Source: a virus (lineage: Duplodnaviria > Heunggongvirae > Uroviricota > Caudoviricetes). Taken from it: DNA of 64,000 bases. Numbering within the stretch: position 1 is the stretch's first letter; every line of letters starts with the position of its first letter. A model generated the notes under the pieces. The model did no database searches and was not told the DNA's origin. It worked only from the letters and a program-made list of their open reading frames with translations. Both the position numbers and the translations under genes were made by a program. The stretch covers positions 124,067-188,066 of IMG/VR virus record IMGVR_UViG_3300037851_000345. One strand, 5' to 3'. Shown in pieces: positions 62,864 through 64,000 of the stretch.

Positions 62864-63080
62864 AGAGTACTCAAAAGGTGCTGAAGATTGCAAGGATTGC
62901 CAATACGGGAAAGATGCGCAATTGGAGCGTGAGAAAGGAGAACTTAGAAGAAGATTAGCGGAAATGAAAAAGGACTTGGAAAGAAAGAGGAAGGTAGAAG
63001 AAATTAAAAGGGATATAATGAAACAACAGGGAATCCCTACATACCATTATGATACCGAATATTTGCCCCCTAAGCGATAA
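62790..63080 (+). CDS. small Cys-containing protein, tandem paralog 2 (MIPKTCPLSDKYKLQTTL...CKDCQY)
   Basis: N-terminal 25 aa nearly identical to paralogs 3 and 4. Confidence 0.45.
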   Translation: MIPKTCPLSDKYKLQTTLQNICAIKEYSKGAEDCKDCQYGKDAQLEREKGELRRRLAEMKKDLERKRKVEEIKRDIMKQQGIPTYHYDTEYLPPKR

Positions 63081-63288
63081 GTATAAATTACAAACTACGC
63101 TCAAAACCGAGTGTCTGTTGGAAAAGGCCTCTTCAATATTGAACTTCTGTAAGGAATGTCCTTACAGCGCAGAGAACAAGAAAGCAAAAATCGCTACCGC
63201 AAATTACGAAAACGAATTAATATATTGGCTTAAATTAGCAGGAATATTAGATAACGATGATACCAAAAACGTGTCCGATAAGCGATAA
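63049..63288 (+). CDS. small Cys-containing protein, tandem paralog 3 (MIPNICPLSDKYKLQTTL...CKECPY)
   Basis: As above. Confidence 0.45.
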   Translation: MIPNICPLSDKYKLQTTLKTECLLEKASSILNFCKECPYSAENKKAKIATANYENELIYWLKLAGILDNDDTKNVSDKR

Positions 63289-63466
63289 GATGAAACTGCA
63301 CGAAACCCTAAACGGGGAGTGTAGTTTTGCTCTTTTCATCCCTGATAAATTCTGCTTCGGCTGTTCCTTTTACGAAGCAGAACTGCGGAAAAGGACAGAG
63401 GAAAGCAAGAGAAACCAAGAACAAGGGATGCTGGACGGTTGGAAAGCGGATGATAGAGGGTGGTAG
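63257..63466 (+). CDS. small Cys-containing protein, tandem paralog 4 (MIPKTCPISDKMKLHETL...CFGCSFY)
   Basis: As above. Confidence 0.45.
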   Translation: MIPKTCPISDKMKLHETLNGECSFALFIPDKFCFGCSFYEAELRKRTEESKRNQEQGMLDGWKADDRGW

Positions 63467-63718
63467 ATGTTACTGAAGTCGCGCGAACTCTCCAACAAGG
63501 AAAAACTGAGAGTGGTGCTGAACCATTTCTGCTATTCCTACATCGACCCCGAAGAGGCAAAAAAGTGCAAGGGATGTTCCTATTACACCCCCTTTTACCA
63601 CATGATCATGGAAGCAAGCGACAGGATAAAAGCCGCCCCCCGCAGGGGCAGGGTAAACTACATTATTGTCGCTCCCGAAGTTGCCGCAAAGATAAAAGAA
63701 CTCCTGAAAAATGAATAA
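63467..63718 (+). CDS. small Cys-containing protein, tandem paralog 5 (diverged; ...KCKGCSYYTPF)
   Basis: Keeps the ...KLxxxLxxxC...C.GC.YY layout. Preferred over the overlapping 63460 frame. Confidence 0.4.
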   Translation: MLLKSRELSNKEKLRVVLNHFCYSYIDPEEAKKCKGCSYYTPFYHMIMEASDRIKAAPRRGRVNYIIVAPEVAAKIKELLKNE

Positions 63719-63726
63719 ATATATAT

Positions 63727-64000
63727 ATGAGAATCAAATTTAAGTTTCCCGCAATCATCCTTTACGTGAACAAAGTTCAAAAAGGCAAAGGTTATGTAGT
63801 CCGTGGCAAAGCCGCGGCATTCCTTGTAATAATAGGTAACTCCTACGCCCGCGACCTAGGCCTTCTTGCCCACGAACTCACACACGTTAAGGAGTGGTGG
63901 ATACACGGCTTACTTATACACAATATCCTCTATGGGGCCATCCGCTCCTACCGCCTTCGTTCTGAATGCAAGGCCTATGCCGAACAATGGAAATATAACC
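63727..64000 (+). CDS. partial ORF (runs off window) with HExxH motif (LAHELTHVKEW); possible metallopeptidase
   Basis: Open frame from ATG 63727 to the window end, not in the supplied track because no stop falls inside the window. Confidence 0.3.
   Translation, partial: MRIKFKFPAIILYVNKVQKGKGYVVRGKAAAFLVIIGNSYARDLGLLAHELTHVKEWWIHGLLIHNILYGAIRSYRLRSECKAYAEQWKYN

Noticed and set aside
1-64000. Genome-wide stop-codon recoding (TGA or TAG reassignment) in this window
   Set aside because: Both plus- and minus-strand genes here terminate cleanly at TGA and TAA with dense, overlapping start-stop junctions (ATGA). Standard code explains the window. The suppressor-like tRNAs may act elsewhere.

Overview
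This 64-kb window is an AT-rich (~38% GC) stretch of a large tailed-phage genome (T4-like in gene content, jumbo-phage-like in size) with almost no non-coding gaps. A minus-strand block at 34.2-42.4 kb carries the terminase large subunit. Standard sigma70-type promoters (TTGACA-17-TATAAT and many extended -10 TGTGGTATAAT copies) and GGAGG Shine-Dalgarno sites point to a bacterial host. Standard code seems to be used: both TGA and TAA act as stops here. From the start of the window: (i) 0.3-8 kb is a glycan-modification cluster of glycosyltransferases, a sulfotransferase, SAM methyltransferases and an SGNH hydrolase. (ii) 8.6-21.4 kb holds many small ORFs, an Rnl1-type RNA ligase, a KamA-family radical SAM enzyme, a CCA-adding enzyme with an HD domain, a P-loop polynucleotide-kinase-like protein and a GH108 lysozyme. 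(iii) 22.2-31.5 kb is a plus-strand array of about 33 tRNA genes plus tRNA-like elements. It is interrupted by three zinc-finger + PD-(D/E)XK homing-endonuclease-like genes and a Thg1-like tRNA 5'-guanylyltransferase, and bounded by an SPFH/band-7 protein and a B12-binding radical SAM protein. Several tRNAs have non-canonical T-loops. Two candidate tRNAs have a UCA anticodon, and tRNA-His carries an encoded G-1. (iv) 34-42 kb (minus strand) holds the terminase, a multi-PAS protein and a run of small proteins. (v) 42.7-64 kb holds a Tyr-rich lipoprotein, an AT-hook protein, an ATP-dependent DNA ligase, a GIY-YIG endonuclease, a nucleotidyltransferase, a HAD phosphatase, a vWA/HExxH protein, a GC-rich tandem-repeat protein, a second polynucleotide ligase and two tandem arrays of small paralogs. 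The two most striking signals are these. First, a complete tRNA repair and maturation toolkit, likely counter-defence against host anticodon nucleases. Second, at least 12 otherwise unrelated proteins, including the RNA ligase, that begin with a near-identical heptapeptide M-K-F-[KR]-[IL]-x-E ending in a T4-prohead-protease-like [IL]-x-E site. This looks like a short capsid-targeting and cleavage propeptide marking a family of packaged, injected proteins. All calls rest on manual motif reading; no searches were run.
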